Assembly: GCA_046563655.1 (NCBI GenBank)
Contig: CM102287.1
Location: 8,928,001 to 8,992,000, forward strand
Reading direction: 5' to 3'
DNA length: 64,000 bases
Source: Yuukianura sp. NJ FZ-2021
Taxonomy: Eukaryota
Below, in pieces: positions 1 through 17,093 of the stretch. Each line of letters starts with the position of its first letter. The first letter of the stretch is position 1. The position numbers were made by a program, and so were the translations under genes. Below the pieces are notes generated by a model. The model saw only the letters and a program-made list of their open reading frames with translations. It did no database searches and was not told the origin of the DNA.

Positions 1-184
1 AAATACTGGAACGAATGGCACTAACAACCAAACTGCGCAGGATCAAGGTCAGACGAACGGTTCTGTGCAAATCTCTGACACTTCAGTTCTATTCCTGGAA
101 GTCATTGTCATTTGTCTCATTTTCAAAAATTTTGGAGTCCAAGTTTTAACAAAACTGGCCAACTACCAAAAGAAATCAGCATGA
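1..184 (+). CDS. 3' end of a paralog of the Cys-rich secreted protein at 1239-3796 (gene begins left of window)
   Basis: Near-identical to 3613-3796 (NTGTNGTNNQTAQDQGQ...VLTKLANYQKKSA*); stop TGA at 182-184. Confidence 0.75.
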   Translation, partial: NTGTNGTNNQTAQDQGQTNGSVQISDTSVLFLEVIVICLIFKNFGVQVLTKLANYQKKSA

Positions 185-314
185 ATGGCAAAAATATGTT
201 TACTCTAATTATACTAAACTAAACTCCAAACTAATTCTAACCTAAAAAAATCTAAAAAAAAAACTAATGCAAAATGTTGGTTTTAATTAATTAATAAATA
301 ATGAATTAATTACT

Positions 315-850
315 TTAATTATGTTTTGGACGGTATGGTCACATGAGTCGTAGGTTTTGGAAGGAAACTCAAAAATGGAACGTCTTGGCCAATCATATTT
401 GCCTCTTCAATTCTTTCTGGCAAACTACGATGTAGAGTTTCCGGTAACAAAGCGGGTCAACCATGACACTAAAGGCTGGATGCATATCCCACATACCCTA
501 GTGTGAAAATTCAAAATTTCGAAATTTTGAAGGCAAATTTGCAGAAATTTTGGAAATGTTCACACAGTTTAGCCTTACCAACTAGACCACCGCAGACCAT
601 AACCCCAAGACCGGAGTTCTAAAAATTAAGTAACTCATCAACTATCGCTTTGTTTTTTGAACATTTTGAAAAAATTTTTGGAATTTTTTTTTTTAAATTT
701 ACCTTTGTCAATAGTTTCTACTGCAAATGAGTAAATGATGACGAAGATCATCGGGTATGCGGCAGTCAGAAACATTTCATAGACTAAATACAAAATGAAA
801 GTTCCGGGAACCCAGAGACTAATGTACCGAAGAACAGAGAGAACGAAAAA
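315..850 (-). pseudogene. Truncated, internally deleted copy of the SLC22 organic cation transporter gene
   Basis: 315-455 matches the last exon of the intact gene (3918-4057) with an extra T near the stop, then joins directly to sequence matching ~5117-5520; ~1.06 kb of coding region and the 5' exons are missing. Confidence 0.8.
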
Positions 851-1238
851 CTGATATTAGATTTGTAACTAGAAAGTAAGATTTGTGATCTCTAGTCATC
901 ATAATTTGTAGAATTTTTTAGTTTTTTACATTTTTAACTAAACCTGTGGAAGTTATTAGGTGATTGAATACGAGTTGACAAGTAAAGTTCTGAAATGTTT
1001 TTGAAAATTAAAAAAGTTATTTTCAGAATTTTGCCACGGCAACCGGAGTGACGTCAATAAGTTATTGATTATTTAACAAAATCGAAGAAACATCAGAATC
1101 GACACATTGCAATTCGAAATAAGTAAATCAAAAATATCGTTTGCTATGACTTGCTTTTTGAATTATTGTGTTCAAGAACTGCTTAAGTTCAGTACAAGTC
1201 AAACATTCCAAGTTTTCGAATTAAAAAAAAAATCAAAA

Positions 1239-3796
1239 ATGAAGTTTTTTACACAACTACGATTTCTCATCTTTTGTTTGTCCATTTGGAGTGGTACTGT
1301 CACCGCACAAGAGGAAGAAGTAAACTTCCCTCCTGGACCAGCTGAAAACGACACGAAAATATTCAATTTCCACATTTTCCTGGAATCAACTCTGGGCGGA
1401 TTGTTAATTGTAAGAAATCAATGTTACCTATATGGATTCAAGCATTCTATACGTTTCAAAATTTCGGAAACCTTTTATTAAAAACCATTTTTTAAAGATT
1501 TCATTCAATTATTGTTTTAGGGTGGATCAACACTTCCGAAAGAAAAGCTGTTGGAGATACAGGATTATCAATTAGCACAACGACAAGGGGATGCCTACAT
1601 GTTCAACCATTTCAAGTACTTTATCAATTTGTACGGATTTGACCTAGCTCTACGCGGGAATGCTAACAATATTCCATATCTTCCGCTTCATCCTCGTCCA
1701 TTGGACAATCTTCGGAAACATTGCACAGTCCAGGAACACGGAGGGGACATAATGGAGGATTTTCTGGCTGGAGGTCTCACTGAAGAGCACTTGGTGGAAT
1801 ACCCTCCAGACATCATTCCTTGTACTCCAGCCGGGTACATGCCAGTACTTCTGTGAGTCCGATCATAAACCATAATTAAATAGCGAGAGCTACTTAATGC
1901 ATCGAGCTTGTTGGTCGGGCCGACAACAGTGCAACATCTCCGGGATCTGTTTTTACCGGTGAACACCATGTGACCCGCGTGTGTTCACTGTTAAATGTCA
2001 TTCTGGTGGGTAAACTGCTGGGTCAACGGTCAAGGTCAACTTGTTTAATCCCGGGTAACACAAAAATGACCTCTGCAAAAGCTATTCATCTCTTCCAGGC
2101 AAACAACTTTCGTGTACATCACATTTCCACATTGCCCCAAATTACTTTCTACCGGGTCAAAGGACAACACTTTCATTTTACCATCTTTTGCATGCTACTT
2201 TCATGCACTCCGGGTTACAACTGGGTTTATTACCTAAACCCTAATGCTCCAGTCTTATACAAGCGCTAAAAAGTTACAAAATTAATTAAAGAACTTTGAA
2301 AGGTTAGATACTTTGTTGATATGTTTAGAATCGTATTTTCTAACGGTTTTTAGATGCCTTGCTGAACTTGAACCTGATCCAATTACTGGTAAACTTCAAC
2401 GGAATGGGACTTGCGTGTGTACACAGGAAAATATACGTTCAAAATGGACACCGTTTGTGTACCATGGAGTGACTGATACCGCAGCCAAAGGAACACCAAG
2501 GGAAAAGGAAGAGATTTCGTGTGTGGCCCAACTTGGGTCACTCTGCGATAACACAAGCCTCCCTTGCGAGGAAGGCGTAGAGTGCGTACAGGCTCACGAG
2601 AAGGGACCATCCTTCTGCGGAGGAACTATCGGGAAACTGGCGAGAGGATTCGGGTAATACGCTTTAGATCTAACTAAATTAAGTATTCCAAATCATTTGA
2701 ATTAACATTTAATTGTTGATTATTTAAGGGGTTCCATTCGGTTCACGGATAAACAGTTGGCAGATATCCTCAAGTCTCGTCAGTTTTCTACTCAGGAAGA
2801 AGTAGAAAACTATTTGATCCGAGTCACCAATTCCATCAATGTTCATAGCAGGGATTGTGATGTAAGAGCATAATAATCTACTAACACTATGTATTTACAA
2901 CTAAAATGGTCATCAGGATACTAACCTTATTTATATTTAGTTGTGTTTATTATTTTAATATTTTCTTTAAATTTGTAGCCTAATTACTGGGACTGGGTTG
3001 CCGGACAACTATTCAAAATCTTAAAATCAATCCAGAAAACTAACGCTACTGAACGAGATCTGGATGACAACATGGCGGAGGAAATGAGTGAATTTCTCGG
3101 TCCCTTTGACCAGCAACTCTTTGCCTACTATATGTCATCGGTGATTAAAGCCATGGGATACCTGAACGACGACGAGAGCCATCTGCAAACGGATCCAAAG
3201 TTTCGTGAACTTACTCGGTTGAGATCTGAGTATTATGACCTCAGTGACTACTGTCTCAACGAATTTCCACGCATGGCTTGTATTAAGAAAAAAACGGACC
3301 CACAGCGAGGTCTCTGTCTCTGCGCTTCGTCCAATGAAACTGGGTCAAGAGCATTCAATTACTTTCTAGAAGATGGACAATGTGTCGGTGGAGTTGGCGT
3401 AGTTTGTACCACAGTGCGGTAAATAGTTTTAAAAACATGTTTTACCGTACTTTTTTTCCTAACCGTGACCTTGAACTTGTCAGGGGGTCAGGAGACCATA
3501 TTTGTGCCAAAGGTCTCGTGTGTGAGCCCTACGCGCCTGACAAGTTCCGGGATATTCGAATCCCCGGACCCAGTTCTCACCTTGAATTTCACATTTGCAA
3601 ATACCCAAAAGGAAATACTGGAACGAATGGCACAAACAACCAAACTGCGCAGGATCAAGGTCAGAACGGCTCTACGCAGATCTTTGACACTTCAGTTCTA
3701 TTCCTTCTGCATGTCATTGCTATTTGTCTCATTTTCAAAAACTTTGGAATCCAAGTTTTAACAAAACTGGCCAACTACCAAAGCAAATCAGCATGA
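1239..3796 (+). CDS. Uncharacterised secreted or GPI-anchored cysteine-rich protein, 7 exons
   Basis: Signal peptide MKFFTQLRFLIFCLSIWSGTVTA; exons ~1239-1409, 1521-1853, 1884-1958, 2354-2653, 2729-2861, 2979-3418, 3484-3796 splice in frame with GT-AG; two similar Cys modules; hydrophobic C-terminal stretch. Confidence 0.7.
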
Positions 3797-3917
3797 ATGG
3801 CAAAAATATTTTTACTCTAATTAGACTATTCAAACTTTAAAAAAAAACTAAAAACTAAAAATTCAACTAATGAAAAATGTTGGTTTTAATTAATTAATAA
3901 ATAATGGATTAATTACT

Positions 3918-6300
3918 TTAATTATGTTTGGACGGTATGGTCACATGAGTCTTTGGTTTTGGAAGGAAACTCCAAAATGGAACGTCCTGCCCAATCGAAT
4001 TTGCCTCTTCAATTGTTTCTGGCAAACTGCGATGTAGAGTTTCCGGCAAAAAAGCGGAAGCTACCGTACCGATAACCGCTACTACCAGAAATGCTAAGTA
4101 TGTCAATGATGTTTCGGTCATAGCCTGCAAAAAATAAAATTTACAATATGAAATTTTTCAAAAACTTCTCTTCTTCAAAAAAAAATTAATTTATGAAAAA
4201 CTTACCATGAGTAGTATAGGTGGCGTTGCTAAATTTAGCGTTTCGGCAAAACCTATTGCAAACCCATAGCCCATGGCACGATGTTCTGTCGGAAAAATTT
4301 CAGCTGCTTGAAGTGGAAAAATCATTGATGTCGTTGATACAAAAAACCTACACATAAGAATTTTATCACAAAATTTTTTACACCAATTTTTTTTTCGTAA
4401 AGTGAAATTTTGAAAATTTTAACTACTTTACTTGCAAAACATTAAGGACGGAACGACCAAGTAGAAGTAATCTGGATACATTGTTCCGAATACCGCTAAG
4501 CCAAAACCGGCAGCACATGCAGCATGTGCAAATGTTTGTGACCAGCGTCTGCCAGCCTTTTCTGAAAATCAGACTTTTGGTCAGACATTTTCAGAAAATT
4601 TTCAGGTTTGAAATTTTTTTCGAGATGATTTTCAACTTTTCCAATTTTTTTTTACTGTTTTAGTGTAACTTACCGGCAAAATACCATCCGAACCACCCTG
4701 CCGGTAGTTCGACAATTGCTAGGAGGAAGAAATTTAGAAATTGATTTCCGGAGAGACTCGTCGTTCTAAAAGTGATTCCGTAGTAAACAATGACATTCGC
4801 TGCTGAAGAAAAACTTAGCAGAATAGTGTTTCTTGCTAATCGTTTTTTTGAAAACAGAGTCCAAATGCTACTTCGGTTTTTTCCTGAATTGATTTCATCT
4901 TGTTTATCTTTGACCCTGTGCAGAAGTCGTTCGAGTTGGCCTGGACCGAACTTGTGTCCTGTCCCATTGGTTGATGCAATTTGTTCCAAAATCTTCTTAG
5001 CTTCTTCTACTCTGTTTTGTGTTAAAAGCCATCGCGGTGACTCAGGAATGTACCCGTAAAAACAAAATGTTAGCAGTAGAGGTAGGGAGGTCAAGGTTCC
5101 AAACAGGTAATAGTCACGGGTCAACCATGACACTAACGGTAGGACGCATATCCCACATACCCTAGTGTGAAAATTCAAAATTTCGAAATTTTGAAGGCAA
5201 ATTTTCAGAAATTTTCGAAAATCTTGGCATATCAAGATAGTTCAGCCTTACCAACTAGACCACCGCAGACCGTAAACCCAAGATCGGAGTTCTAAAAATC
5301 AGGTATTCATCAACTGCAGCTTTGTTTTTAGAACATTTTGAAAATTGTTAGAAATTTTTTTAAAAATTTACCTTTGTTAAAAATTTCTACTGCAATTGAG
5401 TAAATAATGACGAAGACCATCGGGTATGCTGCAGACAGCAACATTTCAGCGACTAAATACAAACTGAAAGTCCCGGGAACCCAGAGACTGATGTACCGAA
5501 AAACTGAAAGGAGGAAACAGCATCCAAAGAAGCTCGGTTTTCTACCCCACCTTGATTTTCAAAACTAAAATTTTCAAAAATTCATTTTTTAAAAAACTTT
5601 TTTTAGTTTTACTTGTCCCCGGTCCAGCCGCAGATAAAAGTTCCCAGTAGACTTCCTACTATTCCAGCCATGAGTGCTACGGTTATGAGATCAGATCTGT
5701 CGCATACCCAGTCGTTGTGTGTCGCCATGGTACCGTCCAGTTGTGACTTGTCATAGTCCCACCCATGTTGACATGGAACTAGGCTGTGGTTATGCGGACT
5801 TACGTACATGTTGCATTGACTAAATCGTTCTAGTCCATCGGGACCAAATTCACTTAAACGTAGAAAAATATAAAGTTGAAGGGTACAGATTTCAAAAATT
5901 TTTTAATTTTGGTATTGTTTGAAATTTACCGCGGTATGGTTAAATTTTTCCATAAGCCCGGAGACGTTGTGTTGTGGTCTATGGGCAATGGGACATGACA
6001 CCAATGATCTGGAACTGTATACAGAAAAGTTGTGTTCATTACGAACAGTGGCAGGAGAAACGAGAATGGACAGAGCAGGCCGTAGAGCAAACATTTTTGG
6101 TATTTGCCATGCGATCCAACTAGTTCCAAAATATCTTCAAATTCTTCTATATTTTGGTAGCATTCATCCTATGATGTGCAAAAAAGTTAAAAAAAAAGTT
6201 CAAAATGTACCAAATTTTTGAAATTGAATGAAAAATTTCTTACTTCCTCTACATTTGTACTAGTATTTTCAAATGTTTTGTAGCCTCGATGTGGTTTCAT
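3918..6300 (-). CDS. SLC22 / organic cation transporter (MFS), multi-exon
   Basis: Typical SLC22 motifs: VPDHWC, PCQHGWDYD...DWVC, GWTGDK-GR, PESPRWLL, VELPA, GRR, AEIFPTEHRA, FLPET; the splice junctions checked are in frame. Confidence 0.9.
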
Positions 6301-7377
6301 TGTTCAAAATTTTAGTCCACTACTAACTTTAACAACAGAATACAACTCTTTACAAAACTGTAATCAACTAACTTTTCAATTAACTAGTGATAAAATTTGA
6401 CTTACTTACTTAGCTACAAACTTGTGGTTGATTTGGCCAACCACATGAATGGTATGGTAAGATTTTGATTTTGAATCTAGCAAATATACTCAGGTTACTA
6501 AAAAAATTAGTCAATGCCAAAGGGGGATGTTAGGTTTCAAATTAGGAACGAATATAAAAACCAGTTAGTTGGAATAAGTTGAACTTGAAATCAAGTTAAC
6601 ATTAGTTGATCCATTGCAGCTTGCAGCATCAATTTACAAAAATCAAGGTTAAACATACATAACATACATGTTATAACAACATAAGTGCTATATAAAATTG
6701 TTTTTACCAGTTTGAGCACTGCGTTTTCCATTTTGAAGGTGTGAAAAAAAAGACATAAAAAAAGAGTCTGGACAGGGCGTTTTCCTGTGAAAGGAAATTG
6801 CAGGTTAGAAACAGAACCAAAAAATGGCACGAGCGATAGATAGAATTACATAAAATTTTGCAAAAAAAAAAAAAACACACACACACACACACACGAGCCA
6901 ATTTTGAAATTTTAGGTTGACAAAAGAGTTTGAATTTAGCTGCTCTCATTTTCATTCTGAAAGGTCAAAGGTTAAAGTTTTAATCAAATGAGGATTTCAA
7001 TTGTTTAATTGTATTTTTTAGTGTCAATGTCAGTTTTTGTTTGCAAAAGGAACCAGAAGTGGTACAAAATTTATTACTGTTGAATGTTGATGATTACTTG
7101 TAGTATGTAATGAAGGATACACAGATCAGGCGCCCTTTTGATAAATGATAAATCCGATGATTTTGTGGTCAAGTGTAAACTGTTGTGTCAACATTTCTTA
7201 AATGTCAAGTAGAAGTCATACTTCAGTTAAGTTACAATTTTTTCATCTATGAAATTAGTAACTGCAAACATCACTTTCGAGTTTTCAAATCTAGCTTTAT
7301 CAAAAAGTATAAAATAAACAAAGTTTAACAAAGTCAAAGCGCAGTGGCAGATGAGACGCTTGGAAAATTTTGTCACG

Positions 7378-9825
<2,448 letters not shown>

Positions 9826-10725
9826 AAAATTTCTATTTTTGAGTGAATTTTTATAAAAAAAAAAAAATCAAATACAAATCAATTTTAAAATTCAAACGAT
9901 TTCAGCACGATACTTCAGACGTTGATTGTAAATCAGCAAAAAAGATGCTGTAAATACTTTACAAAATCAAGGCTAAACATAATATCTATAAGAATAAGTG
10001 CTATATGAATTTTTTTTAACTTTGAGTTCCGAGTTTTGCATTTCTGAAAGTGTGAAAACATAGACATCACAAAAAGTTTGAGTCTGGAAAGGGCGTTTTC
10101 CTGCGAAAGGAAATTGCAGGTTAGAAACAGAAGCAAAAAATGGCACGAGCGATGGAATTACATGAGCGATGACCTCTTGATTCTTTCAAGGTCACCAATC
10201 ACAATCACTCTCACTTTGTGCTTAAAATTCTTCTGTCAAGTACTGACTAGAGTTACGTATTTTCGAATTCCACACAATATACACTTGTTAATTTTGAAAT
10301 TTTAGGTTTGAAAAGTTCTGTGTGAATTTAGCTGATCTCATTTTTATTTTGGAAGGTCAAAGGCTAAGGTTTTATCAAATCAGATTTTAATTGTTCATGT
10401 GTGTTTTTAATGTCAATGTCATGCTTTGTCTACAAACGAAACAGAAAGTGGTACACCATTTTCATTTTTGATGATCAATTATGGATTCACAGATCAAGTG
10501 CCTTTTTGATTTTCGTGATTCGGAGAATTTTGTGTTCAAGTGTAAATTTTTGTCAACACTTTTTAAATGTCAAGTTGAAATGATACTTCAGTTAGGATAC
10601 AATTTTGACATCTATGAAACTAAAAACTGCAAACATAACTTTTAATCTGGTGTTTATCAAAAAGTATAAAATTGTACAAAGTCGAGGCGCAGTGGCAGAT
10701 GAGACGCTTGGAAAATTTTGTCACG

Positions 10726-13193
<2,468 letters not shown>

Positions 13194-13685
13194 CAAAAAC
13201 AAAATCCATTTTTGACAAAATTTAAAAAGTCAAATTCAAACCGACTCTGAAATCCAAAAGTTTTCAGCACTATGCCTGTGAACACTACGGCAAATTTAAT
13301 TTGAAATGAAAAATTAGTGATAGAAAGATTCCAAAATTTTAAGTTCAGAAGCTGCAATACTTTGTATAAAATATAATTGAAATTTTGAATTATAAAATTT
13401 AATTATACTGTAATTTATATCCTGATTTTGATTTTTTGCAAAACAAAGGCAAAACAAAGAGTTGTGTGTATGAATAACCTGTTTTTTGCATGTTTTTTGC
13501 CTCTTGAGTGCCCATTGTTTTCTGCAACAATTGACTCTTTGCTGCAACAATTGAATCGATCGTTGACCTAAATTTACGACTGCATCTTTTGCAAATCTTA
13601 ACGTTTTATAGCACGTTCAAAATTAAATTTCACGATGAATAAATTTGTTGACCACGCAGTTTTTGTACAAATGACTTCAATAGTT

Positions 13686-13758
13686 GGGCGTGTAGCTCAG
13701 TTGGTAGAGCGTTCGCTTAGCATGTGAAAGGCCCTGAGTTCAACTCTCAGCTCGTCCA
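13686..13758 (+). tRNA. tRNA-Ala (anticodon AGC)
   Basis: Cloverleaf: acceptor GGGCGTG/CTCGTCC with G3:U70 Ala identity pair, D arm gctc-agttggta-gagc, anticodon arm ttcgc-ttAGCat-gtgaa, T arm ctgag-ttcaact-ctcag, discriminator A, downstream T-run terminator. Confidence 0.95.
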
Positions 13759-14081
13759 AAAATTTTTGTTTTGCAAATTTTTATTGTTTCGAGTTTATAT
13801 TTAAATACATTTTACAATATTTTTTTTCGTCACGAGTCTGTTTCAAATTGAACAAAAGTGAATGGCGTGGAGGAATGTAATGGGATAATTCAATGGTGGG
13901 GCAGTAGGAATTGGAGGTGGGGCAGCAGTAGTTGGAGGTGGGGCTAAACAAAATTTGTAAAATTCTGGAATTTTTAATTTGCAAAATTTCAAGGAATTAG
14001 TTAAAATTTTGCGTTTCTAATTTATATAAGTTTTGTTAGCATTTTGGCCACTTGTTTGTATTATTTAGCTTTTTGGTTTGT

Positions 14082-16209
14082 TCATCCGTATAAGCTAAGT
14101 TCCTGGTTTTGAATGATGGGCATAAGTTTTCGCAGAATTGGTTCGAGCGCAACGTCATTTTCAACAAACGGAATAATTTGTTCCAGTTTTTCTAAAAAGT
14201 GTTTTGCATCTTGCCCCAGGGGATACTCATGTACAAGGTACATTGGATCTGTCCTCCTGCGAATAGCAATTGCTTGTCTAACAGCAATCAGCAATGCAGC
14301 AGCCACTTGCTCAGAAAGTTCAAGAATGTTGAGACAGTCTCTAGCTGCAATTGTGCCCATGCTCACTTTGTCCTGGTTGTGACCTTCAGTTGACCTCGAA
14401 AAAATTGATGCTGCCACAGTATTCTTGAGGGCCTCGCCGGCCCATGCTGAACAACTGATCTGAAGTGCTTTCAAACCATGGTCAATACAAGCCTCTCTTC
14501 CAGTAGCACCAGACAAATTCGCAGGAAGGCCATGATTGTAATTTGTGTCCACGAGCAGAGCCATTTGTCGATCCAGAAGATCAGCCAAGTTGGCAACCAG
14601 GATTTTCATTCCGTCCATAGCAAAAGCAATATGGCCTCCTAATTATATGTCACGTGATCATAAAACTCAAGGTTCTTCAAGAAACAAAAGGTTTTTTTTC
14701 TACGCCAGGTTGTCCCCTAACTCAAAAACTCAATGTTTTGAGAATTATTGTTGAAAACTTCGTCAAACATTTTCTCCTGAAGCTATTATTAATGGTAATT
14801 GTTGTGTGATTGAGATTGGAAGAGAATTGAAGGAAAGAATTGTTTTTTTTTTTGAGATTTTCGAAAATTCCGGGTTATTGGACAACCTGTTGTAGGAATA
14901 CAATTTGGTTGTCAATGAACCTTGATAAAACGTAATAATTCATAAATTCGCATTCATTTTTTTATAACAATAATAACTTTATATCATTTGGATCATCTTT
15001 ACCATAAAAATGTCCTCCGTGCAGAACGCGTTGACTGTCGACATCAATGATTGGATTGTCATTGGAGCTGTTTAGTTCTGATTCGATCAAAGTCCGAAAA
15101 AATGGAAGCGAATCTTCCAGCACTCCGATGACATGCGGCGAACAGCGAATGGAGTAACGATCTTGGATTCTCGGAATTTTGTTGTAGTCGGCCGGAGCGT
15201 CAGAAATCAGCAAGTCACTTCTGATTCTAGCAGCGACGAGTTGCTGTCCAGGGTGAGGCTTGACTGAAAACAAAGTTTCGTCATAGTGAAACAAGTTCCC
15301 ACGCAGAGACACAATGGCCAGAGATGCAATTCTGGAACAGAGTTTGGACAAGTACTGCGCACGACAGAAAGCCAAAGAAGCCAATCCAGTCATCACTGAC
15401 GTTCCGTTCATAATCGCCAGACCTTCTTTCGGTGCTAGCCGAAGCGGAGAAATTCCAAGCTGCCAAAAATTTAACCCCTTCCGTTCAAAATGTTGATCGC
15501 ACAATTTGGTCTTAAGATTGCTTAAGTTCAAACTAACTACTGAGAATTTCGTTTTTATAAAATATTTCGAACCTACCTGTTTCAGAACCGTGTCGGCTGG
15601 AACGATACTTCCGTTGTACCGAACATTTCGATCTCCGCAGAGTGTTGCTGCAACGTAGGACAGTGGAGTGAGGTCTCCAGAAGCTCCGACTGATCCAGTC
15701 GAAGGAATGCAAGGCAAAATGTCCAACTGTAGAAAAGTGACCAGTTTCTGAAGCAGTTCGAGCCGTACGCCTGAGAATCCTCTGGCCAGAGATGCTAATC
15801 GAGCGACCAAAATGCTGCGTGTTTCAGCTTCATTGAAATGCACTCCCATTCCGCAGGCGTGGTAGAGACATAGGTGATTCGGAAGGTCAGCGACAAGGTC
15901 TTTGCCGATCATCACAGTACAATTGTTGCCATAACCAGTGTTTACGCCATAAATGATCAAATTTTCTTCTAAAAGCTTTTGAACAGTTTTGTGTCCCGCT
16001 TCAATCTGATTGCAGTAGGATTCGTTTGGAGACAGAATGACATCTACAGTTCGTCTAGAAATGTTCCAAACATCTTCAATTGTCAGTTGATGTTCTCCGA
16101 TTACAATTGGATTCCTGGTTAGTTGACCTTTAACCTGCATCTTCATTCCGTTTTGCTTACAAATGCCGTTAGTGTGACTATGGTAATGTCCGTTGGTTGC
16201 AAGATCCAT
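14082..16209 (-). CDS. MIO-dependent aromatic amino acid ammonia-lyase (HAL/PAL/TAL family), bacterial-type sequence, 3 exons
   Basis: IYGVNTGYG, GSVGASGDL (ASG MIO triad), KEGLAIMNGT, QDRYSIRC, NDNP, HGGHFYGGH, STEGHNQDKVSMG; exons 16209-15577, 15459-15003, 14638-14082 with GT-AG introns. Confidence 0.93.
14664..14925. mobile_element. MITE-like inverted-repeat element in intron 2 of the ammonia-lyase
   Basis: Left ctacgccaggttgtcc (~14700) is the inverted complement of right ggacaacctgttgtag (~14881); a related copy lies at ~45238-45470. Confidence 0.65.
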
Positions 16210-16782
16210 TGCGGATGAAGTGTCGTTGGCGACTGTTCTCAAGTAGGTGTGAAATGTTCGTATTTATAAGCTAACCATCAAAACGAATTTATGACTGTGA
16301 CTGATAGTCTACGCTAATTAAAAAAATCTTCCAAGGGTAGGTTTTGTTGGGGTTCATTAAAAATTTAGTGCTGAGGAACTGCAAAATTAGCAATAAGATT
16401 TTGATCGACATTTGTGTTCTCAACCCTAACCTTGCTAGAAAATACTAATGACGGTACTGGTTCCACGTGCTGCATGAGATTCCATCGAATCATAAAAACT
16501 TTACGCTCAAAAAAATAGTAGAACGTCAAGTGCCTGTTAAAATAAAGGGCAAGTGTTTAAGATTTTAAATTTTTTTTTAGAATAGAGAACGCTTGAAGAA
16601 TACCAAAAAGCGAGGCATTTAATTAAAGCAAATTTTTTTTCCCACGAATTACATAATGAAAATTTTCCTTCTGCGACTAAAAAATGCTCCAAATCTGCAC
16701 AATTAGACTTCAGGCTTATTCTTACGTAAACTATGTTTAAATTATGTTCAACATTAATTAGAGTAAAATTATCTTTTCTCAC

Positions 16783-17044
16783 TATCTAGATGCAAGGTTT
16801 GTTGACTTGTGATTTTCTTTAACAGGTTGGGTAATACCTCATGTTTTTTCGATTTTGCAAGAAAAAGTATTTTTTCATTTCGGTACATCGTAGTCATAAC
16901 TATTCAGCCAATTTTTTTTTTAATTTTTGCATACAAATTGGTACCAATTTTTCGGATTGGTACTAATTTTTTTTAACAAGCGAGGGATTACCCAACCTAT
17001 TAAAGAAAATTTACTTTTCGTTGTGCAAGAACATTGTCTAGATG
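16783..17044. mobile_element. MITE-like palindromic element
   Basis: ~29-bp inverted repeat attttctttaacaggttgggtaatacctc (~16813) vs gagggattacccaacctattaaagaaaat (~16982), with outer tctaga matches; non-coding interior. Confidence 0.65.
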
Positions 17045-17093
17045 TATGATATGGATTTTCTCATGGTTTTGTAGCTTAGGTCATGTTATGACG

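Noticed and set aside
6873..6894. (CA)n microsatellite after a poly-A run
   Set aside because: Ordinary short microsatellite
13897..13943. 21-bp G-rich repeat (ggtggggcag...) with quadruplex potential
   Set aside because: Only about 2.5 copies, no supporting context
13686..14082. tRNA as integration site for the horizontally acquired lyase
   Set aside because: Only proximity (~320 bp); no duplicated tRNA 3' end or integrase visible
15460..15576. 39-aa insertion in the lyase as shown by the ORF track
   Set aside because: AT-rich 117-nt segment with gtaggt donor and ttttggcag acceptor; an in-frame intron rather than coding sequence
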